A stretch of 64,000 nt of DNA from Candidatus Woesearchaeota archaeon (GTDB taxonomy: Archaea > Nanobdellota > Nanobdellia > UBA10117 > JABICX01), in contig JABICX010000004.1 in assembly GCA_018652045.1 (NCBI GenBank), forward strand, positions 30,747-94,746, in the 5' to 3' direction. The notes beneath the pieces were generated by a model that saw only the letters and a list, made by a program, of their open reading frames with translations, had not been told where the DNA came from and searched no databases. The position numbers and the translations under genes are program-made. Below, piece after piece: positions 1 through 9,261 of the stretch (position 1 is the stretch's first letter; each line of letters starts with the position of its first letter).

Positions 1-497
1 TTGACGGAAAGAATATCGCTAAGATGAGTGAGAGTAAGTTGGCGCAGATCCGGGGAGAGAAGATAGGGTTTGTATTTCAGACATTTAACCTGATTCCAAC
101 ATTAACTGCTATTGAAAACGTCACTCTGCCAATGATATTTAAGGAAGCCTTTGTATCTGATAAGCGAGGTAAAGCTAAGAAGATATTAATCTCAGTTGGA
201 TTGGGTGAGCGAATGCATCATAGACCTGGAGAGTTATCTGGTGGAGAACGTCAAAGAGTTGCAATTGCGCGAGCACTTGCGAACGACCCCGATATAATAC
301 TTGCAGACGAACCAACTGGAAACCTTGATTCTAAAATGGGGCAACAGATAATGGATTTACTGTTAGACCTCCATAGTAAACACAAAAAAACCTTAATTAT
401 CGTAACTCATGATCCTCGATTCGCAAAGCTTAAAGGTGTCGACTGTGTGTTCTGGTTGAAAGACGGAAAGATCGACAAAGAGGAAGAGATAAAATGA
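1..497 (+). CDS. ABC transporter ATP-binding protein (MacB/LolD-like), 5' end cut by window edge
   Basis: Frame is open from nt 3 (DGKNIAKMSESKLAQIR...). Q-loop FVFQ, ABC signature LSGGERQRVAIARAL, Walker B IILADEPTGNLD and H-loop VTHD are present. Walker A must lie upstream of the window. Confidence 0.9.
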   Translation, partial: DGKNIAKMSESKLAQIRGEKIGFVFQTFNLIPTLTAIENVTLPMIFKEAFVSDKRGKAKKILISVGLGERMHHRPGELSGGERQRVAIARALANDPDIILADEPTGNLDSKMGQQIMDLLLDLHSKHKKTLIIVTHDPRFAKLKGVDCVFWLKDGKIDKEEEIK

Positions 498-1432
498 AAA
501 AGAGCATCTTGTTTTTAATTGGTTTGCTGATGTTGGCACCGCTAGCATTAGCTGAGACTGAAGGTATAGCTGCTGCTAGAGTATCAGCTACTACGGAAAG
601 TGTAAGTGCCCCTGAACAAGGGAATATACGGATTCTTCAGACAAAATATGAACCATATCCTGCAGAACCGGGACAGATTGTTACGTTATGGATAGCTGTT
701 CAGAACTGGGGCGAAGACGCTCTTGATAATGTATATCTTCAAGTAGTACCTGAGTATCCTTTTCAACTTACACAAGGCAATGCAGTTCAGGAAGTCGGTA
801 AAGTATCTGGTTTTGGTGAAAGATTAATTGAGTACGACTTGATTGTTAATGAAGATGCTATAGAGGGAGTATACTCTTTTGATGTTCAGCAATGTTCTGA
901 CGCAATATGTAGCAAAGTCATACGGGACTTAGCAGTTAGTATTAGTGTAAAGACTGGTGGATCTCCGCGAATACGTGTTGGTCTGGAAGATGCAAGTACT
1001 TTCTTTGGTGGAAAAAACGGCGACTTGACTATTAATGTTGTAAACCGTGGTAAGTTAGATATAAAGTTCCTAACTCTGACACTACTTCCTTCTGACGATT
1101 ATGAAATAATCTCTCCGACAGAGGTTTACATAGGTGAACTAGAATCTGACGACTTTGACACGGTGGATTATAATATCTTTATAGAGGAAAGTGTGGCTAG
1201 TGATGATACAGTCTATGTTGACTTACCGGTTAAAATTGAATATACTGATTCTAATAATCGAGATTATACTGGGCAATCACAGGTTAAGTTGAAGGTTTAC
1301 TCACAAGACGATCTAAAACGGTTGGGCTTAATGACTGCTGGTGGAAGCAACAACATGTACATGATTGTAGGTTTAATTGCTGTTGGTGGAATAGTCTGGT
1401 ACTGGAGAAAAAAGAGAAAGGCGAACAAGTAG
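494..1432 (+). CDS. Secreted, C-terminally anchored beta-rich surface protein encoded inside the ABC operon (function unknown)
   Basis: N-terminal signal-like MKKSILFLIGLLMLAPLALA. C-terminal TM plus basic tail IVGLIAVGGIVWYWRKKRKANK. ATGA overlap with the ATPase gene. Confidence 0.6.
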   Translation: MKKSILFLIGLLMLAPLALAETEGIAAARVSATTESVSAPEQGNIRILQTKYEPYPAEPGQIVTLWIAVQNWGEDALDNVYLQVVPEYPFQLTQGNAVQEVGKVSGFGERLIEYDLIVNEDAIEGVYSFDVQQCSDAICSKVIRDLAVSISVKTGGSPRIRVGLEDASTFFGGKNGDLTINVVNRGKLDIKFLTLTLLPSDDYEIISPTEVYIGELESDDFDTVDYNIFIEESVASDDTVYVDLPVKIEYTDSNNRDYTGQSQVKLKVYSQDDLKRLGLMTAGGSNNMYMIVGLIAVGGIVWYWRKKRKANK

Positions 1433-1433
1433 T

Positions 1434-2621
1434 ATGCTACAGGATTACCTTCGAATTGCGCTTAGGAATATAACCCATCGTAAACTGCGTTCTTGGCTGA
1501 CAGCTATTGGAATTATTATTGGCGTCGCATCTGTTGTAGCTTTGATATCCGTTTCTATGGGAATGCAGGATGCTATTGAAGAGCAATTCGAACAGATGGG
1601 TACAGATACAATCACAATCACCCCAACTTCTTTTACAGGACCTGGATCGACTGCCGAAGCTCCGTTTGATGACGGAGATGTGCGCGTTATTGAACGTATC
1701 CCTGAAATTAGTCATGTTCTTCCGATGATGTATGGGACAGCAAAGTTCACGTTCCATAATGAAGATAGTTATTCGTATCTTATGGGCGTTCCATTAGACA
1801 AAGAGTCTAATCAAGTTTGGGATGATATTGGTTGGGATATTCTTGAAGGTAGATTTCCTGAAGAAGGAAAAAAAGAAGTCGGTATAGGCTATCTGGCTGC
1901 GAAAGATATGTTTGATGACGAGTTACGTGTTAAAAATACACTTTATGTAAATGATGTGAAATTCAAAGTAGTAGGTATTGCTCGAGAAGTTGGTAATAGT
2001 CAGGATGATACTGCAATCTATATGGGTGTAGATGTTGCGAAAGATATTCTGGAGCAGGAAGATTATAACATGATTATGGTTAAAGTTAAGCCCGGCAATG
2101 ATCCTGAATTAGTTGCAGATAAGGTGCAGAGAAAGTTAGAAAAGTACCGAAATGCTGAAGATTTTAATGCACTGACTCCGGCAGAGATATTGGAGCAAGT
2201 TAATGATATTCTTGGAATAATACAATTAGTATTAGTTGGAATCGCTGCGATATCACTTCTCGTAGGTGCTATTGGAATTATGAACACGATGTATACATCT
2301 GTTTTGGAACGAACCAAGGAGATCGGTATAATGAAAGCAATTGGAGCGAGTAACCACGCAGTAATGTTGATCTTCCTAGCTGAAGCAGGTATATTGGGAC
2401 TTGTTGGTGGAGCTGTAGGAACTCTTTTGGGAATGATAATGGGAAAAGGTGTAGAACTCGCTGCAGGTAGTTCAGGGTTCATACCATTAAAAGTCGCGAT
2501 CTCTTGGCCATTAATCTGCGGAGCAATCTCTTTCGCATTCTTAATCGGCGCACTTTCCGGAACATTACCTGCATTAGGTGCAGCTAAGCTAAAGCCTGTT
2601 GATGCATTAAGACACGAGTAA
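1434..2621 (+). CDS. ABC transporter permease, FtsX/MacB family
   Basis: 395 aa with an N-terminal TM, a large extracytoplasmic loop and a C-terminal 3-TM FtsX-type domain (ERTKEIGIMKAIGAS...). Directly follows the ATPase and surface protein genes. Confidence 0.85.
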   Translation: MLQDYLRIALRNITHRKLRSWLTAIGIIIGVASVVALISVSMGMQDAIEEQFEQMGTDTITITPTSFTGPGSTAEAPFDDGDVRVIERIPEISHVLPMMYGTAKFTFHNEDSYSYLMGVPLDKESNQVWDDIGWDILEGRFPEEGKKEVGIGYLAAKDMFDDELRVKNTLYVNDVKFKVVGIAREVGNSQDDTAIYMGVDVAKDILEQEDYNMIMVKVKPGNDPELVADKVQRKLEKYRNAEDFNALTPAEILEQVNDILGIIQLVLVGIAAISLLVGAIGIMNTMYTSVLERTKEIGIMKAIGASNHAVMLIFLAEAGILGLVGGAVGTLLGMIMGKGVELAAGSSGFIPLKVAISWPLICGAISFAFLIGALSGTLPALGAAKLKPVDALRHE

Positions 2622-2652
2622 GAATTATATACTTCAAGATACTTTAGAATAT

Positions 2653-3537
2653 ATGAAACTTCCTAGGAGAGTAACTATCAATGAAGTAATTGTTGTATTT
2701 TTTATATTGTTTGTTGGCATGAGTTACTTTCTTCCAGAAACAGGTAGTCTGGAAAACGCCAAACTGTTATTGTCAGCTATAGCAATTATCTTTAGTATAC
2801 TGGCAGGTTTTGCTATCAGCAGTTTATGGTCGAGATTTACGCGCATGCGCGAGCTGCTATCTATCGAATCTGGTGAGCTAGAGAGTTTATATAAAATGTC
2901 ACAATTTATAGGTTCAAGATACGCAGAGATAGTTAGAGAGATTATCGACAAATATCTAGTAAAAGCATTTGATTACGATTTATGGGCTTATCAAGAACAT
3001 GTAAATCGCGAGTTCTTTTCATTGTTCGACTCACTTAAAAATATAAGTGTAACAGATGATAAGCAGAAACAAGCACTTGGCAAGATATTTAACATTCTTG
3101 ATAATCTAGGAAATGTAAGAAAAGAGATATTTACGTTAGGAAGTGATAGACTCAAAAAGCATGAATGGATGAGTTTGATCGTTCTTAGCGGACTGTTGAT
3201 TGCGACCTTATTTTATGTTAAAGAAGAAACTTTGATTTCAATGGTTTTCACCATATTGTTAAGTACGGGCATTGTTCTGATCGTAGCAGTTATACGGGAA
3301 TTAGATGATATGGAGTGGGATATTGAGACAATTGGGTATGAAATTTATGAGCAAGTGTTCGATCTAATAGGTAAGCCGCGATACTTCCCAGAAGAAGGGT
3401 TCTTAAAGAAAAGAAATATGAAGACAGGTAATTATTATCGAGTTGGTCTCGCAGATAACCAAGGTCATACTTTTGGAGTTAAGTATATCAAAGACGGCAA
3501 AGAGATTAAACAGGAGCGAATTAATAATGAGCTATAA
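2653..3537 (+). CDS. Hypothetical multi-pass membrane protein
   Basis: 294-aa ORF with at least 4 hydrophobic helices (VIVVFFILFVGMSYF, LLLSAIAIIFSILAGFAISSLW, LIVLSGLLIATLFYV, FTILLSTGIVLIVAVI). I recognise no family motif. Confidence 0.55.
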   Translation: MKLPRRVTINEVIVVFFILFVGMSYFLPETGSLENAKLLLSAIAIIFSILAGFAISSLWSRFTRMRELLSIESGELESLYKMSQFIGSRYAEIVREIIDKYLVKAFDYDLWAYQEHVNREFFSLFDSLKNISVTDDKQKQALGKIFNILDNLGNVRKEIFTLGSDRLKKHEWMSLIVLSGLLIATLFYVKEETLISMVFTILLSTGIVLIVAVIRELDDMEWDIETIGYEIYEQVFDLIGKPRYFPEEGFLKKRNMKTGNYYRVGLADNQGHTFGVKYIKDGKEIKQERINNEL

Positions 3538-3880
3538 ACAAGTTATTTTGATACGGACAGATCTTAAGATGAGTAAAGGTAAGACTGCAGCACAGGCTAG
3601 TCACGCAGCTGTTGAGGCAAGTCTTAAGGCAAAGAAGAAACATAGATTGATATTCTCTGCATGGCGTCTTAGTGGCATGAAAAAAGTTGTTATTAAGGTT
3701 GCTAGCCAAAAAGATCTTTACAAATATGCACAACAGGCTAAAGAACAAGGTTTAACCACCGCAGTTATTGCTGACGCAGGTATGACTGAACTTAAGCCCG
3801 GGACCGTAACAGCTTGCGCAATTGGTCCAGATAAAGACGATAAGATCGATCAGGTTACAGGTAATTTACAGACCCTTTAA
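3527..3880 (+). CDS. pth2: Peptidyl-tRNA hydrolase, archaeal type (Pth2)
   Basis: MSYKQVILIRTDLKMSKGKTAAQASHAAV... is typical of Pth2. The ATG at 3527 is preferred over the ORF-track start at 3443, which overlaps the upstream gene. Confidence 0.85.
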   Translation: MSYKQVILIRTDLKMSKGKTAAQASHAAVEASLKAKKKHRLIFSAWRLSGMKKVVIKVASQKDLYKYAQQAKEQGLTTAVIADAGMTELKPGTVTACAIGPDKDDKIDQVTGNLQTL

Positions 3881-4001
3881 CTTTGCGACATTAAAGCGAT
3901 CCCAACCCATATTGGTGCCGCTGTTGGTAGTATGGTAGTTGTGGGTATTGAAGCAATACTTAATACTGCAGCAAACGCTAAAGTTAGTATCGTTGCGAGC
4001 A

Positions 4002-4241
4002 TTATGCTTTGCGCTTTTCTCTTTCTTGGCATCTCTTTTCAGCCTCCGCGATTATCATAGGTATGAAGTAATCTCTTCGGAAAGCAGTAATAGTACCGAT
4101 TCCACCACGACCGACCTGTTGAAGGACATAGTCACGTCCTTGCTCATCAGTCTGTATCTGAATTACTTCTTCAGTAATTCGTACTTGAAGATCGTGTTCT
4201 TCTCCGTTTCGGAGTAGTTTACATTTTATTTCGGGTTTCAT
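4002..4241 (-). CDS. Hypothetical small protein (79 aa)
   Basis: ORF with ATG at 4241 (the track start at 4262 is TTG). Divergent from the ArsR gene. No recognisable motif. Confidence 0.4.
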   Translation of the reverse strand: MKPEIKCKLLRNGEEHDLQVRITEEVIQIQTDEQGRDYVLQQVGRGGIGTITAFRRDYFIPMIIAEAEKRCQEREKRKA

Positions 4242-4274
4242 ATGAAAATAGAAGTAAATCAAGGTTTATAAGTA

Positions 4275-4299
4275 TTTCGGTTTTCGAGGAAAACGGAAA
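4275..4299. promoter_or_regulatory. Imperfect 25-bp palindrome (candidate ArsR operator) abutting a TATA-like box
   Basis: In tttcggttttcgaggaaaacggaaa, 10 of 12 arm positions are complementary. It lies immediately upstream of ctatataaatt (4300-4310), about 25 nt before the ArsR ATG at 4330. Confidence 0.35.
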
Positions 4300-4329
4300 C
4301 TATATAAATTATAGTAATTATATCTGATC

Positions 4330-4704
4330 ATGCCACCACCACATGTTACCAACGATCTTTTTCATAGAGCGTTGGCTAATGAGGTTCGTAGACAGATTTT
4401 AATCAGTCTTGGCAAAAGAGAAAAGTATCTATCGGAGATTGCTTCGGAATTGGATATGAAGCCACAGACTGTTGATTTTCATCTCAGTATGTTGGTAGAA
4501 CTGGGATTAATTTCCGCAGATCTACGCGCGGGGAAGCGTTTCTATAAGTTAGAAGACCCGAAGATCTTGGAGTTTTTACGCGATAAGAAACCGATTCCAC
4601 CAAGATTTCATCCAAAACCACCGCATGAGATTATGAATGAAATGTGGGAAGATATAAGAAAACGATTAGATAGAATCGAAAAAAAGTTAGACTCAATTAG
4701 TTAA
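4330..4704 (+). CDS. ArsR-family winged-helix transcriptional regulator
   Basis: ALANEVRRQILISLGKREKYLSEIASELDMKPQTVDFHLSMLVELGLI is a classical ArsR/SmtB HTH. Confidence 0.8.
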   Translation: MPPPHVTNDLFHRALANEVRRQILISLGKREKYLSEIASELDMKPQTVDFHLSMLVELGLISADLRAGKRFYKLEDPKILEFLRDKKPIPPRFHPKPPHEIMNEMWEDIRKRLDRIEKKLDSIS

Positions 4705-5290
4705 AGATCGGACCGTCAACAACCAAGCTCTCATATTCTCCACCCTCTCCCGCAAGGTGGACATGATACTTCTTGTTTAAGATTAGCAGTTTGTCGAAGA
4801 ACTTTTGGTTGATGTACTTATTTAACCAAGTTTCATCTAGACCTTCTGCAGCAACTCGTACGATCTGAATCTTAAACCCAAGATTAATCATCTCTTGCAT
4901 GTATTCTTTAGGGTCTACGTGCCAGTACGGAGCAAACGATTTTAGTCCAAGTTCTTTACAGATCTTGTCAACCCGAGTCTTTTGATAGCTAGATGCAATT
5001 GCTCCAGATGCAACAGCGTCTATATGATACAGCTCCTTCGCCTGTTTGATAGCCTCTTTCAAGTCAGCTAGCTCTTTTTCTTTCTCACCTTTTGTTTTAT
5101 AGAAGACGATCGGCAACCTAAGTTTCTTTGCTAGCTTTGGCATACCTTCAACTTTGTCCGTATGGAACATGTAACTATCCTTGTTTTCAGAATCCAACGT
5201 GATAAGACAGGTTGCAGTATGCTTTTGCTGAGCCCAGTATAGAGCCATAGCACTGTCTTTTCCACCCGAGAATAATACACCAACTTTCAT
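4697..5290 (-). CDS. PP-loop ATP pyrophosphatase, MJ0570/Dph6-like (putative diphthine-ammonia ligase)
   Basis: PP-loop FSGGKDS near the N-terminus and C-terminal GEGGEYESLVVDGP motif; 197 aa. Confidence 0.7.
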   Translation of the reverse strand: MKVGVLFSGGKDSAMALYWAQQKHTATCLITLDSENKDSYMFHTDKVEGMPKLAKKLRLPIVFYKTKGEKEKELADLKEAIKQAKELYHIDAVASGAIASSYQKTRVDKICKELGLKSFAPYWHVDPKEYMQEMINLGFKIQIVRVAAEGLDETWLNKYINQKFFDKLLILNKKYHVHLAGEGGEYESLVVDGPIFN

Positions 5291-5760
5291 AATAGTCTCG
5301 CCATCATAATTTCATCTATGAACTTACCCTCTCGATTAAAGTATTTTCGAAGTTTACCTTCTTCCTCAAAGCCTAGCTTCTTGTAAAAAGGTCGTGCTTT
5401 GTCATTGTCTTCTTCCACAATCAGTTGTACTCTGACAATCTTATCTTTCTTAAGCTTAGAAAGTATTTCATTCACCATTTTTCTACCGAGGCCTTTGTTG
5501 TGATAGTCAGGGTGTATTGCTAATGAGCATAGCGTTACTGTACCTGAACATCGGTTAGATTCTTGATTAATACAGATCATACCTGCAATCTTGTCGCCTT
5601 CCACCCAGACAAAGATATCTTCATTTATCATACGTTTAGCCCAATAATCACTAAAATCGTTGAGAGACATCGTTTTGATATTCATAAAAGGGTTTACTGT
5701 TGGATGAAAATAAATCTTGTAGATATACTGTATATCGTTTTTAGTACATTTTCTTAGCAT
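5287..5760 (-). CDS. GNAT-family N-acetyltransferase
   Basis: Acetyl-CoA binding motif HPDYHNKGLGRKMV and C-terminal FYKKLGFEEEG; 157 aa; ATGA overlap with the downstream gene. Confidence 0.8.
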   Translation of the reverse strand: MLRKCTKNDIQYIYKIYFHPTVNPFMNIKTMSLNDFSDYWAKRMINEDIFVWVEGDKIAGMICINQESNRCSGTVTLCSLAIHPDYHNKGLGRKMVNEILSKLKKDKIVRVQLIVEEDNDKARPFYKKLGFEEEGKLRKYFNREGKFIDEIMMARLL

Positions 5761-5767
5761 AATAATA

Positions 5768-5838
5768 TGCGCCCGGAGGGAATTGAACCCCCGCCATTAG
5801 CTTGGAAGGCTAAGATCATACCACTAGACCACGAGCGC
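5768..5838 (-). tRNA. tRNA-Gly (anticodon UCC)
   Basis: Hand-folded cloverleaf: acceptor GCGCUCG/CGGGCGC, anticodon arm UUAGC-CUUCCAA-GCUAA, T arm GGGGG-UUCAAUU-CCCUC, discriminator A. No intron and no encoded CCA. Confidence 0.9.
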
Positions 5839-5913
5839 GCATCTAAATGCCCTTTTATTGATTTATAAGTTATTCGCTACAAATACTTAAAAGTTTCAAC
5901 TAGCATATAGATT

Positions 5914-6105
5914 ATGGCTAAGGTTCGTTTTATCAAATACGGCGTCAAGAACGCTAAAGGCTTCAAGTACACTAATATCAATAAAGCAAGTGTTCAGGCA
6001 GTTAGTAAGCCTATCTACGAACCAGAGTTCTTTGAGGAAACATATGGTGAAGAAATTTACGCAAAATATTCACCACCACCAGATTTCTTAATATCAATAA
6101 CCTGA
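5914..6105 (+). CDS. Hypothetical small protein (63 aa)
   Basis: ORF preceded by TATA-like sequences (tttataagtt, cttaaaagtt). No motif recognised. Confidence 0.4.
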   Translation: MAKVRFIKYGVKNAKGFKYTNINKASVQAVSKPIYEPEFFEETYGEEIYAKYSPPPDFLISIT

Positions 6106-6156
6106 TTGTTTTCTAGATATCATAAATTGTTAATAACGCTCTAGATCGCATAGAGT

Positions 6157-7044
6157 ATGGTTCTAGATGAGGGCTACCTAAACCCAAAGTACACGTTTAA
6201 CCTAGAAAAAGCAATAGAGATAACTGAAAAGATTATGCCTTACTCTACGCTAGAGACTCCTGAAGAGAATTTCTATGCTTTTATGCATGCGTTAGAATAT
6301 TCTGACGCAGAAAAAGCAAACCTCCTTGTACTTAGTACAATTCTTACTCCGATGACTAGCGCCACAGCACTTTATCGTCAGTTTGATGATATATTACCAC
6401 ATCCAGATCTTCTGAATTCCTCTGCGAATTATAAAAAACTCGTTGAACCTATTGTTGGAGTGCTTCCTCGCCAAAAAGAGAGATACAATGATCTTGTTGA
6501 TATAATCTTTGACAAAGAAAATGGATTGAATGGAGACATACGTAACATATTTGATGTAAAACGGAACGACAATGTTCATGCACTTATGGAGTTACCTGGA
6601 ATTAGAATGAAGTTAGCTAGCTTGATGGTCCAAAACATATTCCACTATAATCTTTTTACTGAAGAATACGCTTCGTTAGTAGATCATTTTGAAGATCTAC
6701 GCCTACCTGTAGATATACATACAGTCCAGACATCTATACGTACAGGTATTATTACCTCTACAGATGATATTGTTCATACAGATATGGCAAGTCAGGTCTT
6801 GCGTGAGGGGTTTGAGAAAGTCATTGATGTATTGCATAAGAAAGATGAATATGCTGCACTCTCACGAACCGAGCTTTCAGTAAAGATGCATCTTGCTTAC
6901 TTTAATCTTGGTTCTAATTTCTGTACCTCTCGAAGTTGCTGGACTTCTGAGAATCAATGTCATGTTCTAGAGGCATGTAAGCATGATTACGACTTTAGCG
7001 ATAAAAGATATAATATTCGACCTGATGTTCAGAAAAAATTGTAG
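6157..7044 (+). CDS. Putative HhH-GPD-superfamily DNA glycosylase-like protein with C-terminal 4-Cys cluster
   Basis: HhH-like ELPGIRMKLASLMV followed by LPVDIHTVQTSIRTGII (compare PVDTHV..R.G of EndoIII/MutY-like enzymes). C-terminal CTSRSCWTSENQCHVLEAC. Highly divergent, so the assignment is tentative. Confidence 0.45.
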   Translation: MVLDEGYLNPKYTFNLEKAIEITEKIMPYSTLETPEENFYAFMHALEYSDAEKANLLVLSTILTPMTSATALYRQFDDILPHPDLLNSSANYKKLVEPIVGVLPRQKERYNDLVDIIFDKENGLNGDIRNIFDVKRNDNVHALMELPGIRMKLASLMVQNIFHYNLFTEEYASLVDHFEDLRLPVDIHTVQTSIRTGIITSTDDIVHTDMASQVLREGFEKVIDVLHKKDEYAALSRTELSVKMHLAYFNLGSNFCTSRSCWTSENQCHVLEACKHDYDFSDKRYNIRPDVQKKL

Positions 7045-8004
7045 CTAATCAAGCTTCATGATACGATCCTTGCGGTCTTCTGGACCGATTAATACAACGC
7101 GGCTTCGGACCTGTTCGTCAATCACTTTCCAGTTAAGTTCTTTAGCTAGTTTGTTTGAGAAATCTCGAATCTCTGAGTGTCGCGGCATAGCTTCTTTAGG
7201 TAGCCGATTGCGAGAGTAACCCATGTGCATATAGCTTTTGACCTCGACATAGTGTGGCTGTGCTATCTTCAGAAGTTTTGCAAAACCAGCTATAGCTAGA
7301 TCATTATAGTCTTTGATTACTGTGATTCGTATAACCTTGCGGCAGTCTAGCTTTGGCATAAGTTTAAGCGTTTGGTTTAGTCTTTGCCAGCCATCTTTGT
7401 TTAGAGGGACGTTGATTTTCTTAAACTCTGCAGGTGTTGTTGCATCGAGGGATATATACAGTTGTGTTGGTAGGTTCCCGTCTTTTGATAGTCGTTCTAG
7501 AACCTTTGGATGCTGACCGTTAGTTACAAGGAATGAGCTTTTTCCTCTGTTAGTTAGTTCCGCAATTAATTCCCCGAGTTTTGGATAGAGTGTTGGTTCG
7601 CCAGTCAGACTTAGCGCGAAATTCATTGGTTCTTGTGCTTGTTTGAACTTGTGTTCGTCTGCTTTTTCATTGCCACCAAACCCCGATAGTTTTCTAATCT
7701 GTGACTTAATACAACCATCAATGATCTCAGATGGGCTGTTGACTTTAGCATCCATTCTAGTTCCAATGTTGCATTCCTGCGGCCGCCAGCAAAAGATACA
7801 CTTCTGATCACAAAAGCCTGCAGCAGGGCTCATTTGACAACATCGATGACTCTTAATGCCATAGAATTTTTCCTTATAACAGACACCTTCGCCTAGCAAA
7901 CTTTTTTTGCACCAAGAACAGATCTCAAGAGCAGTATGATCGCCTACGATTTCGTAATGCATGTGTTCTAACTTTTTCTTGAGCGCAGCAGTTAACTTAG
8001 CCAT
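7045..8004 (-). CDS. taw1: tRNA 4-demethylwyosine synthase (Taw1/TYW1 homolog), radical SAM
   Basis: N-terminal auxiliary Cys cluster (CSWCKK...C) and radical-SAM motif CDQKCIFCWRP; 319 aa, typical of archaeal Taw1. Confidence 0.85.
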   Translation of the reverse strand: MAKLTAALKKKLEHMHYEIVGDHTALEICSWCKKSLLGEGVCYKEKFYGIKSHRCCQMSPAAGFCDQKCIFCWRPQECNIGTRMDAKVNSPSEIIDGCIKSQIRKLSGFGGNEKADEHKFKQAQEPMNFALSLTGEPTLYPKLGELIAELTNRGKSSFLVTNGQHPKVLERLSKDGNLPTQLYISLDATTPAEFKKINVPLNKDGWQRLNQTLKLMPKLDCRKVIRITVIKDYNDLAIAGFAKLLKIAQPHYVEVKSYMHMGYSRNRLPKEAMPRHSEIRDFSNKLAKELNWKVIDEQVRSRVVLIGPEDRKDRIMKLD

Positions 8005-8035
8005 GAGAAAATATAGAAAAATCAGCTTATAAAAC

Positions 8036-8527
8036 TTAGCACTCTATTGAAAAAGTGCCATCCGTTGCACAATCAATTCGGTCACCTTCTATGTTAAATG
8101 AGTTTATATCAGCGTTATCATACTGCATCTTACAACATTTATTGGTCCCAGCATCATCTACGATTCGATTGAACTTAGCAGCTAAGTCATCATAATCACT
8201 TTGCCAGTTATCTTTGTCTAGCTGGCTTTGATCCTTAAGGCGCGTTATTTCAGTGTTTAGTTCGGATAGAGTCGCATGTGTAGTTACGAGATTAGCGTCA
8301 AGCGCAGCCTTTTGTTCAGTCAATGCACCGACATTTTCTGAGCAAGTATCAAGATTATCCTTACAATCGTTTAAGTTGTTAGAAAAGACTGTAAAACCAG
8401 TTATACTTGGTCCGACAATAAAACCAACCACCACTACCACTAAGACCATGCTGATCGGTAGAAAGTAACGATTTCCTTTTAGTTTGTCAAACTCCTTGTA
8501 CATATTAACCATAAAACTAGAAAGCAT
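8036..8527 (-). CDS. Hypothetical N-terminally anchored coiled-coil protein with Cys-rich C-terminus
   Basis: TM segment FLPISMVLVVVVVGFIVGPSITGF, a heptad-like middle region (LTEQKAALDANLVTTHATLSELNTEITRLKDQ) and C-terminal Cys residues (CCKMQ...C...C). Confidence 0.5.
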   Translation of the reverse strand: MLSSFMVNMYKEFDKLKGNRYFLPISMVLVVVVVGFIVGPSITGFTVFSNNLNDCKDNLDTCSENVGALTEQKAALDANLVTTHATLSELNTEITRLKDQSQLDKDNWQSDYDDLAAKFNRIVDDAGTNKCCKMQYDNADINSFNIEGDRIDCATDGTFSIEC

Positions 8528-8529
8528 TC

Positions 8530-9261
8530 CTACTTATTAAATATTTTCATGAAGTTCTGATATATTTGATCTTCTACCTTTCTATAAGTCATATCTTTTA
8601 GTTCAGCTAGTTTTTCAATAGCGTAACGTACATTTTCTGAGCGATTTTCACCTTCAATCGGAGATAGGTACGGTGAGTCTGTTTCTGTAAGTAATCGATC
8701 AATTGGAACGCGTCTTGCAGTTTTCTTAAAGCCTTTTCGTGTCCAGAAGTTAGCTGGGATCGTGAAGTAATAGCCACGTTTCATTGCTTCGTGTGTCTGT
8801 AACTCGTTGCCATCAAAACAATGCATTATAACGGGCACCTTAGCAGTTTTTAGCACATCAAGTGCAGCATCAGTCGCCTTGCGGGAGTGTACAATTAGCG
8901 GCTTATTGATCTTGTTAGCTAATGTAATCATTTTCTTAAATGCCGCAACTTCTTTTTTCATCTCTTTAGCATCAGTAATATGATAGAAATCAATACCTAC
9001 TTCACCGATCGCGACAATCTTTTTCTTGTTTTGCTCAATGAATTTGATAACCTCTACAAGATCTTCTACAGAAGCATCTATAGCATGTGTCGGATATAGA
9101 CCAAGCGCAGCACGTACGTTTGGAAAGATTTTGGCATAGCTTAGAACTTTTTTGTTACTTTTTAGATCCACACCATTTGTTATAATTATAACCTCGCCAG
9201 AAACAACTTCCTGCGCAGAGCTTTTACATAAATCTATATGGCAATGGGCGTCGACTAACAT
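8530..9261 (-). CDS. TatD-family metal-dependent hydrolase
   Basis: MLVDAHCHIDL N-terminal HxH motif, conserved internal His/Glu/Asp positions (GEVGIDFY, VHSR, HCF, ETDSPYL). Confidence 0.85.
   Translation of the reverse strand: MLVDAHCHIDLCKSSAQEVVSGEVIIITNGVDLKSNKKVLSYAKIFPNVRAALGLYPTHAIDASVEDLVEVIKFIEQNKKKIVAIGEVGIDFYHITDAKEMKKEVAAFKKMITLANKINKPLIVHSRKATDAALDVLKTAKVPVIMHCFDGNELQTHEAMKRGYYFTIPANFWTRKGFKKTARRVPIDRLLTETDSPYLSPIEGENRSENVRYAIEKLAELKDMTYRKVEDQIYQNFMKIFNK

Noticed and set aside
3939-4217. 92-aa plus-strand ORF overlapping the 79-aa minus-strand ORF.
   Set aside because: It has low-complexity Leu/Ser-rich sequence and no promoter or SD context. The minus-strand ORF has the better start context, although neither is strongly supported.
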